Source of the DNA: Candidatus Woesearchaeota archaeon
GTDB lineage: Archaea > Nanobdellota > Nanobdellia > Woesearchaeales > UBA10216
Direction of reading: 5' to 3'
Assembly: GCA_016180065.1 (NCBI GenBank)
Contig: JACPBY010000001.1
Span: 30,633-94,632 of the forward strand
Length of the DNA: 64,000 nucleotides
Made by a program: the position numbers and the translations under genes. A model generated the notes under the pieces. The model did no database searches and was not told the origin of the DNA. It worked only from the letters and a program-made list of their open reading frames with translations. This document shows, in pieces, positions 46,975 through 57,408 of this stretch (the first letter of the stretch is position 1; every line of letters begins with the position of its first letter).

Positions 46975-47790
46975 CTAGGTAAACAGCTTTTCCTTGCCCA
47001 GCCTTTCGATGGCTGCGGCAGTGAAGAGTGTCAGCCTTCCCGGAGAAGTTCCCGGAGCCAACAGATTCGCATTAAGCCTGTTAACAACAGCAATATCAAC
47101 TCCCATGATGTTCCTTGCAGACCTGAGAAGGCTGCAGTTTTCCTTTGAAACAACAATCAACGGCCCTTTCTTCATCCGGTATTTCCTGCCTCTGGACTTT
47201 CCCTTCCCGGCGCGGACAGAGCGCCTTGCAACCCTGGCCAGATCATTCCCAAAGCCAAGCTTTTCAAGAGCATTAACTGCCTCTTTGGTTTTTGCAAGAT
47301 CTTCCAGACCTGAAGCAGCAACAAACGGATAATCCTTTGGCATGATGTGGCCCCGCTGCCGCACAACCTCAACAGCCATGGTAGCAGCCAAAGCAGACCT
47401 TATGGCTTTCCTGTTCTCTTTCTTATTGACTTTTTTAGCCCACACTTTCACAGCCTTTGGAGGATGAGCCTGCCTGCCACCAACGGTATTTGGTGACAAG
47501 GCGCCAACCCATGTAAACTGGGTGCCCCGCCTTCGCATAGTCTTCCTGGGCACTCTCGAGATTCCCTTTCCGTAAGCACCCTTGAAATTACGCCTCCTCC
47601 TGGATAGCTTGGCAGAATATCCCTTGCCAGCTTCAGGGTCGGTGCCGTATGGCTGCCTGCTGTTGCTCTGCACAGCCAAAACCGCCCTTGCTATGAGGTC
47701 TGGATGGAACGCCTCTGAAAACTGAACAGGCAATTCAACGTGGCCAACCACGCCTTTTCCCACATCAATGACCGCAACCTTGCCTTGCAT
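46975..47790 (-). CDS. rpl4: 50S ribosomal protein L4
   Basis: RQPYG, GGRQAHPP, VRAGKGK.RGR, LAPG..PGRL. Confidence 0.97.
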   Translation of the reverse strand: MQGKVAVIDVGKGVVGHVELPVQFSEAFHPDLIARAVLAVQSNSRQPYGTDPEAGKGYSAKLSRRRRNFKGAYGKGISRVPRKTMRRRGTQFTWVGALSPNTVGGRQAHPPKAVKVWAKKVNKKENRKAIRSALAATMAVEVVRQRGHIMPKDYPFVAASGLEDLAKTKEAVNALEKLGFGNDLARVARRSVRAGKGKSRGRKYRMKKGPLIVVSKENCSLLRSARNIMGVDIAVVNRLNANLLAPGTSPGRLTLFTAAAIERLGKEKLFT

Positions 47791-47805
47791 CTTGCACCAC
47801 CCAAA

Positions 47806-48789
47806 TCAAACTGCCCTGTAAATCTGTTCTATTATGGGAGCCTGAAGCGGCAGCCCGGTAATCGGCTTTCTTGCAGGCATCAGCCTGAGCAGCCTTTTTG
47901 GAGGACCCTGAACAGAGCCCTTGACAATGATGAAATGCGACTTAAGCTTTCCATAATGCGCAATCCCGCCAGCCAGCCTGAGCTCGTCCGGCTTGTCAGA
48001 AACCTTGAGAACCCACTTATTGCGCTCATGCCTCGTGTGAAACCCCATCTGGCCTGCATGGGCTACAGTCCACATCCTCGGGCTGCTCCACCCACCCAAA
48101 GAGCCAGGACCTCTCTTGGTTTTCTCAGACTTGTGCTGCCTCAGGCTCAGGCCAAACCTCTTAACAGGACCCTGATAACCCTTGCCGACAGTAACCCCAA
48201 AAACATCAACCTGCTGCCCATCCTTCAAAATATCCTTGACATTCACATCTTTCCCAAGCAACTGCCGGGCAAAAGCAAACCGGTCAGCAATATTCCTGCC
48301 GCCAACAAAAAGCTCAAACATCTCAGGCTTCTTCTTGCCAACGCCGGAAAGCCACGGCTGGGTGTAAACATTCACCCTGACATCCACAACATTGCTCAGG
48401 TCAGGATTGGCGGATTCAGCAGGCGCAGCCTTTTCTTTTTTCTTTGGCAGGACAATCTTCCTGCCGAGGTTCTTGTCAACATCGCCAGAAATCTCATTCA
48501 AAAGCCTTAAGCCATTGGCAGAAGCAGAATAAAGACGGACAGAAGCGACCTTAACAGGCGGGCACTCAATGATTGTTGCCGGAACAGCTATGACCTCTCC
48601 CTTGGTCATTGAGTTTGGCCTGTTGTCAACAGACATCAGATGCGTCATGCCTGCCTTATACCCTGAAAAGCCCACAAGCACAGCATCCAGAGGCACAGCG
48701 CCAAGCCTAACCCGGGGGTAAATTCTTGCAGCCCTCTTCCTGGGCCAGTACTGCATGCTTCCATGCCTTGGGCGTCTTGTCTTTGGCAT
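47806..48789 (-). CDS. rpl3: 50S ribosomal protein L3
   Basis: PRHGS...PRKRA, GYKAGMTH, GKG.QGPVKR, GQMG.H.R. Confidence 0.97.
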   Translation of the reverse strand: MPKTRRPRHGSMQYWPRKRAARIYPRVRLGAVPLDAVLVGFSGYKAGMTHLMSVDNRPNSMTKGEVIAVPATIIECPPVKVASVRLYSASANGLRLLNEISGDVDKNLGRKIVLPKKKEKAAPAESANPDLSNVVDVRVNVYTQPWLSGVGKKKPEMFELFVGGRNIADRFAFARQLLGKDVNVKDILKDGQQVDVFGVTVGKGYQGPVKRFGLSLRQHKSEKTKRGPGSLGGWSSPRMWTVAHAGQMGFHTRHERNKWVLKVSDKPDELRLAGGIAHYGKLKSHFIIVKGSVQGPPKRLLRLMPARKPITGLPLQAPIIEQIYRAV

Positions 48790-48809
48790 TTTTGTAAGCC
48801 TCTTAGTGC

Positions 48810-48916
48810 GCCAGAAAAAGAACCCTAACCAGATCTGAGCCAGATTTCACAGTCCGCAACCCGCAACTACCGAACCAGCGCCCAGATTGCTGTGCTGAAA
48901 AAGTTCTTTTCCAGGC
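48810..48916 (-). promoter_or_regulatory. Structured 5' leader of the rpl3 operon
   Basis: TTTATAAA at 48939-48946; outer stem 48902-48916/48810-48825; inner stem 48880-48887/48833-48840. Confidence 0.55.
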
Positions 48917-48960
48917 AAGGGCGAGAATCAGCAGGTTGTTTATAAACATTACTGTTTTGG

Positions 48961-49551
48961 CTACGAAAACTCAAGCGGCGTTGGCTTCTTAGCATTATCT
49001 TCTTCCCCGCCTTGGCTTGTCGGGCGCATGAACCTGAGAGTTGCAGCAACCGAAGCAATTACGAAAGATGCAGTGTAGCCGATGCTGACCAGCCAGGGAT
49101 TATGCTGGCTGCCAAGCCCCACGAAAGAAGACAGCCTGTTGGTCGCCATGCTGATAACGAGAAGGTTAAGCATTGCTGCGGCAGGCACAAGCACATGTGC
49201 AAAAAAATGATGCCTTGCCTCAAGGTTTTCAACAAGCGTTACAAGCCTGCTGGTAATGTAGCCAAAGAAAAGCCCCAGGATGGCAACGATAATGAGCAGC
49301 TGCTCGCTGCCAATGGCAAGCTGCAGAACCGCAACCACGCCTGCAACAAGCATGTTCATGACAACCAGCACCAGCAGAGAAATCCAGTAGATGAGAATAG
49401 AAGAACTCGGCCGCATGGCATGCTCTTCAGGCACAGAAGCAGCGAGCACAAGGCTCTTCTTTATTACCATTCTCTGCTTCGAAGCACGGCTTTGTCCAAG
49501 GTTGTAATTGCCCTTTCTTTTGCCAGCTTTACCCTGCCTCTTTTTTGCCAC
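48961..49551 (-). CDS. Hypothetical membrane protein (4 TM; start uncertain)
   Basis: Four hydrophobic helices after a basic N-terminus. Confidence 0.7.
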   Translation of the reverse strand: MAKKRQGKAGKRKGNYNLGQSRASKQRMVIKKSLVLAASVPEEHAMRPSSSILIYWISLLVLVVMNMLVAGVVAVLQLAIGSEQLLIIVAILGLFFGYITSRLVTLVENLEARHHFFAHVLVPAAAMLNLLVISMATNRLSSFVGLGSQHNPWLVSIGYTASFVIASVAATLRFMRPTSQGGEEDNAKKPTPLEFS

Positions 49552-49581
49552 CGGTTTTCTGCCTCCTTAAGATAGTTATTC

Positions 49582-50046
49582 CTAGCTTTCTTCCTCTTCC
49601 TCCCCGCCCATGAACTTTTCAGCATCTTCAATAAACTGCCTGACCTTGAAATAGTGTTCCTTGACCCGGTCTATATCGACTGCAAAAATCCCCTCATCTG
49701 TTGTGGCGGTCATGGTAACATGCCTCCTGTACTCGCTGCTTCTCTTGTACTCCGCCCTGCTTATTTTCCTCAGGAGAGTGTAGAAAGACACCATCTCAGC
49801 AAATGCATCACCGTAAGCTTTTTTGATGGCATTGCTCTTAAGACCGATGTTGCCGGGCTTCTCAGGGATGATTCTTTTTTCCACAGCATGGTCAAGCAGC
49901 CTGTCCACCACAAAATCAAGGCAGCTTATCAGCCGTTCAACTACGCTCTTTATGACATCCACAGTCCGGGTGTACTTCAGGCTGACGTAAATCAGATGGT
50001 CAGCGCGCTTTAGCTCCTCTCGAGCTTCTTCCAAAAACACCTTCAT
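49582..50046 (-). CDS. Hypothetical helical protein (HEPN-like fold suspected)
   Basis: EAREELKRADHLIYVSL; similar to the adjacent ORF. Confidence 0.75.
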   Translation of the reverse strand: MKVFLEEAREELKRADHLIYVSLKYTRTVDVIKSVVERLISCLDFVVDRLLDHAVEKRIIPEKPGNIGLKSNAIKKAYGDAFAEMVSFYTLLRKISRAEYKRSSEYRRHVTMTATTDEGIFAVDIDRVKEHYFKVRQFIEDAEKFMGGEEEEES

Positions 50047-50512
50047 AGCTGGCAACAACTCCCTCAACTTCAGACAGCATCAGCTTCACAACACTGATGT
50101 AAGACTTAAGCATGGCGGCAGTCACCCTTCTGAAGCTGTAACGGTCTGAACAAACCACGATGCAGTCCTTCCTCGAAAACTCCACGGCGCTTGCCTCGTG
50201 GTCGTCATGCAGCGATTTCAGCTCGTCCATTACAGCACAGCAGCCACTGCCCAGGCTGTACCTTGGCACGCACTCCATCCTGAACAAACGAATCCTTGAG
50301 CTGTAATCTTCCCCAATCTTCGGAAGCCTCTTAAACATTTCCTCATAGTGAAGCAGCGAAGCCATCGCACAACTCCCAGCCCGGAAAAGGTTTTCCAAGA
50401 CACTGAGCAAAAGCCGGTTATCCTTCACAAGGGGATAAGTGATTGAAACCACGTGGTCCGCTGTCCTCAAGCACCGCCCTGCCTCCGAAAGTTCCTCCTG
50501 GAACCTCTCCAT
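50000..50512 (-). CDS. Hypothetical helical protein, paralog-like to 49582-50046
   Basis: EAGRCLRTADHVVSITY; TTTATA upstream. Confidence 0.75.
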   Translation of the reverse strand: MERFQEELSEAGRCLRTADHVVSITYPLVKDNRLLLSVLENLFRAGSCAMASLLHYEEMFKRLPKIGEDYSSRIRLFRMECVPRYSLGSGCCAVMDELKSLHDDHEASAVEFSRKDCIVVCSDRYSFRRVTAAMLKSYISVVKLMLSEVEGVVASYEGVFGRSSRGAKAR

Positions 50513-50581
50513 AAGGCTGGTATGGGGAGTTAATTATATAAACCTTATCCAAATGTGGCAACAGCCGCACTGCCTCTTTTT

Positions 50582-50938
50582 TTACCTTTTCTCATTAAGG
50601 AACAATATTGCCGCGGCCAGGTCACCGTCAACCCTGGCAAGGGCGGCCTTTGCCTCTGCCTCTGAAACCCCGGCCTGTCCGGAAACCGTCTTCACGTCTT
50701 CCTCACTAAACAACTGCTGCTGTTTCTGCCGGGCTGCTCGTTCACTGTAATCGCCCGTTACTTGGAATGACTCCTGCCCCATCATTGAAACCTTCGCAAT
50801 GGAAGGATTGGCTATGACAATTTCCTTATCGCCGCCCTTCAGCTTAATGACAACTTCCTCAGCATCTATCTGCTGCTGCTGCACGCCAAGCTTGCGCATA
50901 GCAGCTTCCATAGCCCTCTTGTCCATTCCCGGAAACAT
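50582..50938 (-). CDS. nac: Nascent polypeptide-associated complex protein
   Basis: M.KLG, EEV.I, MGQ..FQ, C-terminal UBA-like GDLAAAI. Confidence 0.93.
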   Translation of the reverse strand: MFPGMDKRAMEAAMRKLGVQQQQIDAEEVVIKLKGGDKEIVIANPSIAKVSMMGQESFQVTGDYSERAARQKQQQLFSEEDVKTVSGQAGVSEAEAKAALARVDGDLAAAILFLNEKR

Positions 50939-51061
50939 AAGATGCAGATGATAGAACAAGATATTCTTAAATGTTATGAACGCCGACTTTGTTGGAGAGT
51001 TGCCTGAATTCAGCCGGTTCAGCAAAACAAACTTTTCAGCGCCACCGAACCGTTAGAAGCC

Positions 51062-51214
51062 TTACAAAATCCTGAGCATAAGCTCGAAAACCACGATACC
51101 AATTGCCAAAGCCACAACATGGATTGGCTTTATCTGGATCTTGCTCTTGTACTCGCTGTAATACCTTACAAGCCCGCCCTGTGAGGACGGCATGCTGATT
51201 TTCTCGTCTGCCAT
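51062..51214 (-). CDS. secG: Translocase subunit Sec61beta (archaeal SecG)
   Basis: MP.S.GGLVRY..E...I.I.P followed by one TM. Confidence 0.9.
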   Translation of the reverse strand: MADEKISMPSSQGGLVRYYSEYKSKIQIKPIHVVALAIGIVVFELMLRIL

Positions 51215-51316
51215 GCAAGCAGTAAAGGTAAGCAGATATAAAAAGTTAATTGCTTTCCGGTGCAAAATTTATAAATGAACCATGGTTACATATATTGATA
51301 ACTTTGGTTGATTTAC

Positions 51317-51454
51317 ATGATTCCGTTAATGCTGAGGCTCGGCAAAGATGTTATCGCCGCCTTTAAAGAAAGGATTGATGTGAAAAAGCTCAGGCAGTAC
51401 CTTGAAAAGCATTCGGCAACTGTAAGAAAACGGGCAATTTCACACCTTGCCTAA
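51317..51454 (+). CDS. Putative small protein, 45 aa (absent from the ORF track)
   Basis: [53 protein letters not shown] at 51268; fills the gap before atpD. Confidence 0.4.
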   Translation: MIPLMLRLGKDVIAAFKERIDVKKLRQYLEKHSATVRKRAISHLA

Positions 51455-52077
51455 GCCTTAACAGCCTTTATCCTCTTAAGCCTTGAGAAGTTCTCCCTTT
51501 CCATCTCCTCAAGCCTAAGCCGGATGTACTTTGCTGTGCTCTCAAGCCTCGGGATTGTTATGAGCTCAAGGGCATTAACCTTTCTTTTGGTCCGCTCAAT
51601 CTCCCTGAGGAGCTTTTTCAGCGTAAGCTCTATCTCTGCAGCGGCAACAAGCTTTTCAACCAAAGCCTCGTAAGCCATGGCAGCCTCATCTATCTTTGAA
51701 GTTGAGGATGTTATGCCATATCCCCTCTCAAAAATGCTCTTCCTGAACTCAGGGAAGCTTATCTTCGGCACCTTGACGCCCATGATGTTTTTTGCCGCGA
51801 CTTCGACAATAGGCAGGCTTTTGAGGGCCATGGAAATGGACCGTATTGCCAGGTCACCATCAATCGCCCTTGCAAAATTTACTTTGCCAAGCGCAACAGA
51901 GTAATGAGAAACAACATCCTTTCTGATGTTCTTCGCCTGCTTGAAGACGTTAAAGAACTCAAGAATAAGCCCATCCCTCTTTTTCTTCAGGAGGTTGTGC
52001 CCTGTCCTGGCAAACCTCACCTTTTTCTTCAGCTGCAGAAGCTCAGACCTTGTGGCCTTGACGCTAGCGCTTGCCAT
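51451..52077 (-). CDS. atpD: A/V-type ATP synthase subunit D
   Basis: [27 protein letters not shown]. Confidence 0.96.
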   Translation of the reverse strand: MASASVKATRSELLQLKKKVRFARTGHNLLKKKRDGLILEFFNVFKQAKNIRKDVVSHYSVALGKVNFARAIDGDLAIRSISMALKSLPIVEVAAKNIMGVKVPKISFPEFRKSIFERGYGITSSTSKIDEAAMAYEALVEKLVAAAEIELTLKKLLREIERTKRKVNALELITIPRLESTAKYIRLRLEEMERENFSRLKRIKAVKA

Positions 52078-53431
52078 AGTACTTCTTCCTCATCTCAGGG
52101 CTCACCCTCGTCAGCTCTGATTCAGGAATTTCAGAAAGAAGGCTCCAGCCTATATCAAGCGTTTTTTCTATCTCCCTGTCCTCTCCCTTGCCCTGCTTAA
52201 CAAACTTAGCTTCAAAGTCAGCTGCGAACTTCAAAATGCGCCGTTCCCTTTCGGACAGGCTTTCTTCTCCAACGATTGCAACAAGGCCCCTTAAGTCCTT
52301 TCCCTCAGCATAAAATGCGTAGAGCTGGTCCGAAGCCTGCTTATGGTCATCCCTTGTTTTGCGAGGCCCGATGCCCAGGTTCATCAGCCTGCTGAGAGAA
52401 GGCAAAACATCAATTGGAGGGTAGATATTGCGGCTGTGCAGCTCCTTGCTAAGCACTATCTGGCCTTCAGTAATGTAGCCTGTGAGGTCGGGAATCGGGT
52501 GGGTTATGTCGTCTGCAGGCATGGTAAGGATTGGCAGCTGGGTTATGCTGCCTTTCTTGCCCTTTATCATGCCAGCCCTTTCATAAATCATGGCCAGGTC
52601 AGTGTACATGTAACCGGGATAGCCCCTCCTGCCAGGAATCTCAGACCTTGCCGCGCCAATCTCACGAAGGCTCTCACAATAATTGGTAAGGTCTGTGAGG
52701 ATGACAAGGACATGCATGCCTTTCTCAAAAGCGAAATACTCCGCAGCAGTCAAAGCCATTCTGGGAGTTATCAAGCGCTCAACAGCAGGGTCGTCAGCAA
52801 GATTTAGGAAGACCACAGTCCTTTTCAACGCCCCGGTTTCCTCAAACTCAGAAATAAACTTTTGCGCTTCCTCGCTTGTTATGCCCATTGCGGCAAAGAC
52901 GATTGCAAAGCCCTCTTCACTTCCCCTAACCTTTGCCTGCCTTGCAATCTGCATGGCAATCTCATTGTGAGGCAGGCCAGAGCCAGAAAATATCGGAAGT
53001 TTTTGCCCGCGGACAAGCGTATTCATGCCATCAATTGTGGAAATGCCCGTCTGGATAAAGTCTGACGGGCTGGACCGGGCGTATGGGTTGATGGCCGCTC
53101 CTGTGATGTCCATCAGCTTTTCAGGCACGACTTCAGGGCCGTCATCAATTGGCTTGCCTGAGCCGCTAAGAATCCTTCCAAGCAGCTCATCGGAAACAGG
53201 AAGCTTTATTGTTTCGCCCAGAAACTTCACCCTTGCACCGAGGCCCATGCCTGACGTGCCCTCAAAAACCTGGGCGACCACAATATCGCTGCTGGTGTCC
53301 AGAACCTGGCCGCTTTTTACCTCGCCGGAAGGCAGAGCAATGTTGACGAGCTCACTGTAGCCAACCGGCTCTGTCTTCTCAACAAAGATAAGCGGGCCAG
53401 CAATTCTCGTTATTGTTTTGTATTCCTTCAT
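52064..53431 (-). CDS. atpB: A/V-type ATP synthase subunit B
   Basis: [31 protein letters not shown]. Confidence 0.97.
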   Translation of the reverse strand: MKEYKTITRIAGPLIFVEKTEPVGYSELVNIALPSGEVKSGQVLDTSSDIVVAQVFEGTSGMGLGARVKFLGETIKLPVSDELLGRILSGSGKPIDDGPEVVPEKLMDITGAAINPYARSSPSDFIQTGISTIDGMNTLVRGQKLPIFSGSGLPHNEIAMQIARQAKVRGSEEGFAIVFAAMGITSEEAQKFISEFEETGALKRTVVFLNLADDPAVERLITPRMALTAAEYFAFEKGMHVLVILTDLTNYCESLREIGAARSEIPGRRGYPGYMYTDLAMIYERAGMIKGKKGSITQLPILTMPADDITHPIPDLTGYITEGQIVLSKELHSRNIYPPIDVLPSLSRLMNLGIGPRKTRDDHKQASDQLYAFYAEGKDLRGLVAIVGEESLSERERRILKFAADFEAKFVKQGKGEDREIEKTLDIGWSLLSEIPESELTRVSPEMRKKYYGKR

Positions 53432-53446
53432 TTTAAACCACCATTG

Positions 53447-55174
53447 TCATTTCAATGCTGCAAATTCCTTCTCTATATCACTGTTAACGCCAGCCAGGAA
53501 AGCTTCGTAGTCCTTTTCAAACTTCACGTCCGCAACCCTGTCTTTCGACTTGACCTGTGTAATGCGCTGAGCCCTTACGCCAGAGTCCAGCGCAGCTTTC
53601 GCAAGGTCTGCAAAGCGGAGAATGGTTTTCATTATCCTGTATGTTTTCTTCAGCTCGCTGTACGTATCAACCGGGTGAAAGGCATTCTGCTGCAGAAGGA
53701 ACTCCCTGAACATCCTTGCAACCTGCAATGTAACCTGCTCCCTCTCAGGCAGGGCATCCGAGCCAACCAGCTGCACGATTTCCATCAGCTTCTCTTCCTC
53801 CTGCAGGACAGCCATGGCTCTTTTTATGCATTCCATCCAGTCAGGAGCCACATTTTCCTCATACCATTGCGAAAGCGAGTCAAGGTAAAGCGAGTAAGAC
53901 ATGAGCCAGTTTATTGCAGGGAAATGCTTTCGCTGGGCGAGCTTTGCGTCCAAAGCCCAGAACGTCTTGATGACCCTCAGCGTGCCCTGCGTCACAGGCT
54001 CTGAGAAATCTCCTCCTGGAGGTGAAACAGCGCCTATGACGCTTACAGAAGCCTCATTGCCTGCAAGGGTGGTGACCCTTCCAGAACGCTCATAAAACTC
54101 AGAAAGCTTTGTGGAAAGGTAAGCAGGGTAGCCCTCCTCTCCAGGCATCTCTTCAAGCCTTGATGAGATTTCCCTCATTGCCTCCGCCCACCTTGAGGTC
54201 GAGTCTGCCATCAGGGCAACGCTGTAGCCCATGTCGCGGTAGTATTCTGCCAAAGTCACACCAGTATAAACAGAAGCCTCTCTTGCCGCGACAGGCATGT
54301 TTGAGGTGTTGGCGATTAAAATAGTTCTCTGCATCAATGGTTTGCCAGTCCTGGGGTCTGTGATTTCAGGAAACTCAGTAAGGACCTCAGTCATCTCATT
54401 CCCGCGTTCGCCACACCCAACATAAACAACAATATCCGCGTCGCTCCACTTCGCGAGGGCCTGCTGGGTCACAGTCTTTCCGCTCCCAAACGGCCCGGGT
54501 ATCGCAGCCACGCCACCTTTTGCCAGTGGGAAGAGCGAGTCAAATATCCTCTGGCCCGTTATTAAAGGAATTTTTGGCAGCAGCTTTTCCTTCACAGGCC
54601 TGGGCTTCCTGACAGGCCAATTGTGCATGAGCTTAAGCTCTGTCCCGCTGTCAAGCCTTGCTACAGTGTCTGTTACAGTGAAGCTGCCGTCTGAAATGCT
54701 GGCAATCCTGCCACTTACCAATGGGGGGACAAGAATCTTGTGCAGTATAGTTTCGCTTTCCCTGACAGAGCCAATGGCATCACCACCTTTCACAACTACC
54801 CCAGCCTTTACAGAAGCTTTGAAATCCCATCTCCTTTTGCGGTCAAGGGCAGGAGCAGAAGCCCCCCTTTTTACAAAGTCGCCTGTAAGGTCCCTAAGCG
54901 CGCTAAGCGGCCTCTGTATGCCATCGTAGATTGATGACAAAAGGCCGGGCCCAAGCTCAACAACCAGCGGCTGCCCAGTATTTTCAACATCCTCTCCCGG
55001 CTTTATGCCTGTCGTGTCCTCATAGACCTGTATGATGCAGCGGCTGCCGTTAATCTGGATTACCTCACCAAGGAGCCTTTCATCCCCCACCCTGCATACG
55101 TCATACATGTCAGCTTCAAGCTCAGCGACAACAACAGGGCCTGCTATCCGGTAAATCGTGCCAGTCTTAGCCAT
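53447..55174 (-). CDS. atpA: A/V-type ATP synthase subunit A
   Basis: [36 protein letters not shown]. Confidence 0.98.
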   Translation of the reverse strand: MAKTGTIYRIAGPVVVAELEADMYDVCRVGDERLLGEVIQINGSRCIIQVYEDTTGIKPGEDVENTGQPLVVELGPGLLSSIYDGIQRPLSALRDLTGDFVKRGASAPALDRKRRWDFKASVKAGVVVKGGDAIGSVRESETILHKILVPPLVSGRIASISDGSFTVTDTVARLDSGTELKLMHNWPVRKPRPVKEKLLPKIPLITGQRIFDSLFPLAKGGVAAIPGPFGSGKTVTQQALAKWSDADIVVYVGCGERGNEMTEVLTEFPEITDPRTGKPLMQRTILIANTSNMPVAAREASVYTGVTLAEYYRDMGYSVALMADSTSRWAEAMREISSRLEEMPGEEGYPAYLSTKLSEFYERSGRVTTLAGNEASVSVIGAVSPPGGDFSEPVTQGTLRVIKTFWALDAKLAQRKHFPAINWLMSYSLYLDSLSQWYEENVAPDWMECIKRAMAVLQEEEKLMEIVQLVGSDALPEREQVTLQVARMFREFLLQQNAFHPVDTYSELKKTYRIMKTILRFADLAKAALDSGVRAQRITQVKSKDRVADVKFEKDYEAFLAGVNSDIEKEFAALK

Positions 55175-55201
55175 TCTTAATCACCTTGCCATAATTTAAC
55201 C

Positions 55202-55492
55202 CTACCACAACTCAACGCCTATTGACTTCTTGATCATTTTCCTTAAGGCATCGCTCTCCTCATTCAGCGAGAGCATCACAAAGACGGGCCTGACGCTGTT
55301 CTCAATTTTAGCCCGCTCAAGCTCATCCAGCTTGCCAAGCAAAGACTCGTCAAATACAACAACGCCTGTTTCAGGACTGTCAAAAACCCTCTTAACAGCG
55401 TCAGCGGGGCTGTCTGTTTCAAACACATTCTTTACCCCGGCCAGGCTGAAGCCCAGGCAAAAGTCCTCTTTTCCTATCACTGCAAGTTCCAT
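55202..55492 (-). CDS. atpF: A/V-type ATP synthase subunit F
   Basis: AVIG..DF.LGF.LAG; I...IGV. Confidence 0.93.
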   Translation of the reverse strand: MELAVIGKEDFCLGFSLAGVKNVFETDSPADAVKRVFDSPETGVVVFDESLLGKLDELERAKIENSVRPVFVMLSLNEESDALRKMIKKSIGVELW

Positions 55493-55498
55493 CCAGCA

Positions 55499-56605
55499 TC
55501 ACATCGTTATTATCTGCTGCTCAATGAAGCCCTCGCCCAGTCCAAGCTGTTTCGCCTTGAGCAGCAGCTTCAGGTTTCGCACTTCAATCTCCTTTGCAAA
55601 CATGTAGCCAAGTATAACATCCACAGTCAGCGGGTGCTGATGCATAAGCAAAATCAGCTTCCTGAGCAGCTGCCTTGAAAGGTCTGTTTCAAGCCTTATC
55701 AAGCTGCCGTTTTCGTGGAACTCCCTCAAGCCGCCCTCAACAGAAGCTTTAAAGCGGCCCTGCTCGAGCAGCCGCGCAGCATCCCCTGCGGTTTGCGCAG
55801 CAATCATCTTTTTTACCAGCGCACTGCTTGATTCAGGCGCAACAACGAGGCGCCCAATGTCCTTTGCAGCCATATTTGCCCTTTTGAGCCTAAGTATATT
55901 GATGATTGTTGTAATCTCAAGCTCTGACTCAAGGAACTCCCTGAAAAGCCTGCCCTCATCAGGAAGCCTTTTTGAAAATTCCCGCATAGCAGAGCAATAA
56001 AACCTGTCCAGGGCGTTTTCAATCTCGGATATAGAGCTTGTTGCCTTAAAGCTTTCAAGAGCATTTGTGAAATACCTGAAATCAACAAAATTTGCTGCAC
56101 TGAGAATGTCCTCCACAGATTCTTTCCTGGCAAGATCCGAGAGATTCTTCTCTGACATGAAGCCTGAGGGAAGGAGCATCGGAGGAAGCTGCTCGGGGCT
56201 GAGCTTCGTGTACTTCGCCCTTACAATTGTTTTCAGGTTCCAGACGTCCACCCTGAGAAGATACATGGCAATCAGAACCCTCAGGCTGGGTGGTGAGATG
56301 CGCTTAAGCTTAAGCCAGGTGTTGGCAAGGTTGCGGTTAAGGGCCAGTTCCATCAGCCTGACACCCTTAAACTGAACAGCAAACTCGTCAATCTCCTTCC
56401 TGTACTGTGAGCTTTCAAGATAGCCTATCATTTCATTAACATCCATCTTCATAAGCTTGTTATAATCATCCTTTCCCAGCAGGAACGAGCGCATAAAGCT
56501 GGTCCTGGCATAAGTGTAGGGATATTTGCCAAGCCTCAGCCTCCTGCCTTTCCCAAGCAGGGCATAGCCTTCCTTACCTGCCGAATAGCGCCCTTGCAAC
56601 ATCAC
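55499..56605 (-). CDS. atpC: A/V-type ATP synthase subunit C (start uncertain)
   Basis: Y.Y.YAR, D..NLK..VR.K, KE.EV.NL. Confidence 0.92.
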   Translation of the reverse strand: MMLQGRYSAGKEGYALLGKGRRLRLGKYPYTYARTSFMRSFLLGKDDYNKLMKMDVNEMIGYLESSQYRKEIDEFAVQFKGVRLMELALNRNLANTWLKLKRISPPSLRVLIAMYLLRVDVWNLKTIVRAKYTKLSPEQLPPMLLPSGFMSEKNLSDLARKESVEDILSAANFVDFRYFTNALESFKATSSISEIENALDRFYCSAMREFSKRLPDEGRLFREFLESELEITTIINILRLKRANMAAKDIGRLVVAPESSSALVKKMIAAQTAGDAARLLEQGRFKASVEGGLREFHENGSLIRLETDLSRQLLRKLILLMHQHPLTVDVILGYMFAKEIEVRNLKLLLKAKQLGLGEGFIEQQIITM

Positions 56606-57146
56606 TCAGCACCTTCCTCCTCACCTGTCCTAGAATGGCATCATAGCTATAATCCACCCTGAACCTTCCGTCAGGGCTTTCGGCAACTATGCCACCAGAT
56701 ACGGAATCGTCAGCAATGAGCCTTAATTTTCCAAAGCTGCCCGCATCAGCGCCCAAGAGCTTAACATCCCTGCTGCTGCACCTGATGACCGCAACATCCA
56801 TTTCTTTCATGGCCTCGCCAAAAAGGCGCTTCACATGGGCTTCCCTCTTTTTTTCAGAAAGGGCTTTCAGCTTCCTGCCAGCTTCTGAAAACACAGCCTC
56901 AATAAGCTCCCTTTTCTTAGCCAGCACTTTTTTTTGCATTTCAAGCTCTGCAGAGGCAAGCTCCCTCCGTTTCATGCCTGCAAGAGAGCTTTCCAGGCCT
57001 TCACCCATGATGCGCTCCTGCTCTTGAGCCTGCTTTTCAGCAAGCTTCAGGGCAGACTTGGCCTCAGCCCTGGCATCGCCAATAATCTTTTCAGCGTCCT
57101 GCCTGGCATTTTCAAGTATTTCTTCCTTGACTTTGTCGAGACCCAT
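56574..57146 (-). CDS. atpE: A/V-type ATP synthase subunit E
   Basis: MGL..V.EEI...A coiled coil, GGIV.ES.DG..RVD. Confidence 0.92.
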   Translation of the reverse strand: MGLDKVKEEILENARQDAEKIIGDARAEAKSALKLAEKQAQEQERIMGEGLESSLAGMKRRELASAELEMQKKVLAKKRELIEAVFSEAGRKLKALSEKKREAHVKRLFGEAMKEMDVAVIRCSSRDVKLLGADAGSFGKLRLIADDSVSGGIVAESPDGRFRVDYSYDAILGQVRRKVLSDVARALFGR

Positions 57147-57161
57147 TTCGCTTCGCTGTTT

Positions 57162-57386
57162 CTATCCTTTTGCCAGGTTCAATATAAGTATTGCAACCAC
57201 AAGGCCGAATATTACAAGGGTTTCCGGTATTACTGTAAGTATCAGCCCCTTGCCGAAAGTTTCCTCCTTCTCAGCCATTGCGCCAACTGCTGCCGAGCCT
57301 ATCTCCTTTTCAGCAATTGCCGCAGCCATTGCACTGATGCCGATAGCCAATGCAGCGCCAATCGCCACTATGCCTGCTTCTGCCAT
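57162..57386 (-). CDS. atpK: A/V-type ATP synthase subunit K (c, single hairpin)
   Basis: Two TM helices, AEKEIG...VIPETLVIFG; GGAGG SD sequence. Confidence 0.95.
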   Translation of the reverse strand: MAEAGIVAIGAALAIGISAMAAAIAEKEIGSAAVGAMAEKEETFGKGLILTVIPETLVIFGLVVAILILNLAKG

Positions 57387-57408
57387 TTTTTTCCCTCCAA
57401 ACCAATTT

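Noticed and set aside
27084..48510. Long antisense ORFs (e.g. 27552-28298, 30906-31721, 44733-45545, 47740-48510)
   Set aside because: They are shadows of well-supported genes on the opposite strand, with no motifs of their own.
53447..55174. Inteins in atpA (also checked rfcS)
   Set aside because: Lengths and motif spacing are normal, with no insertion.
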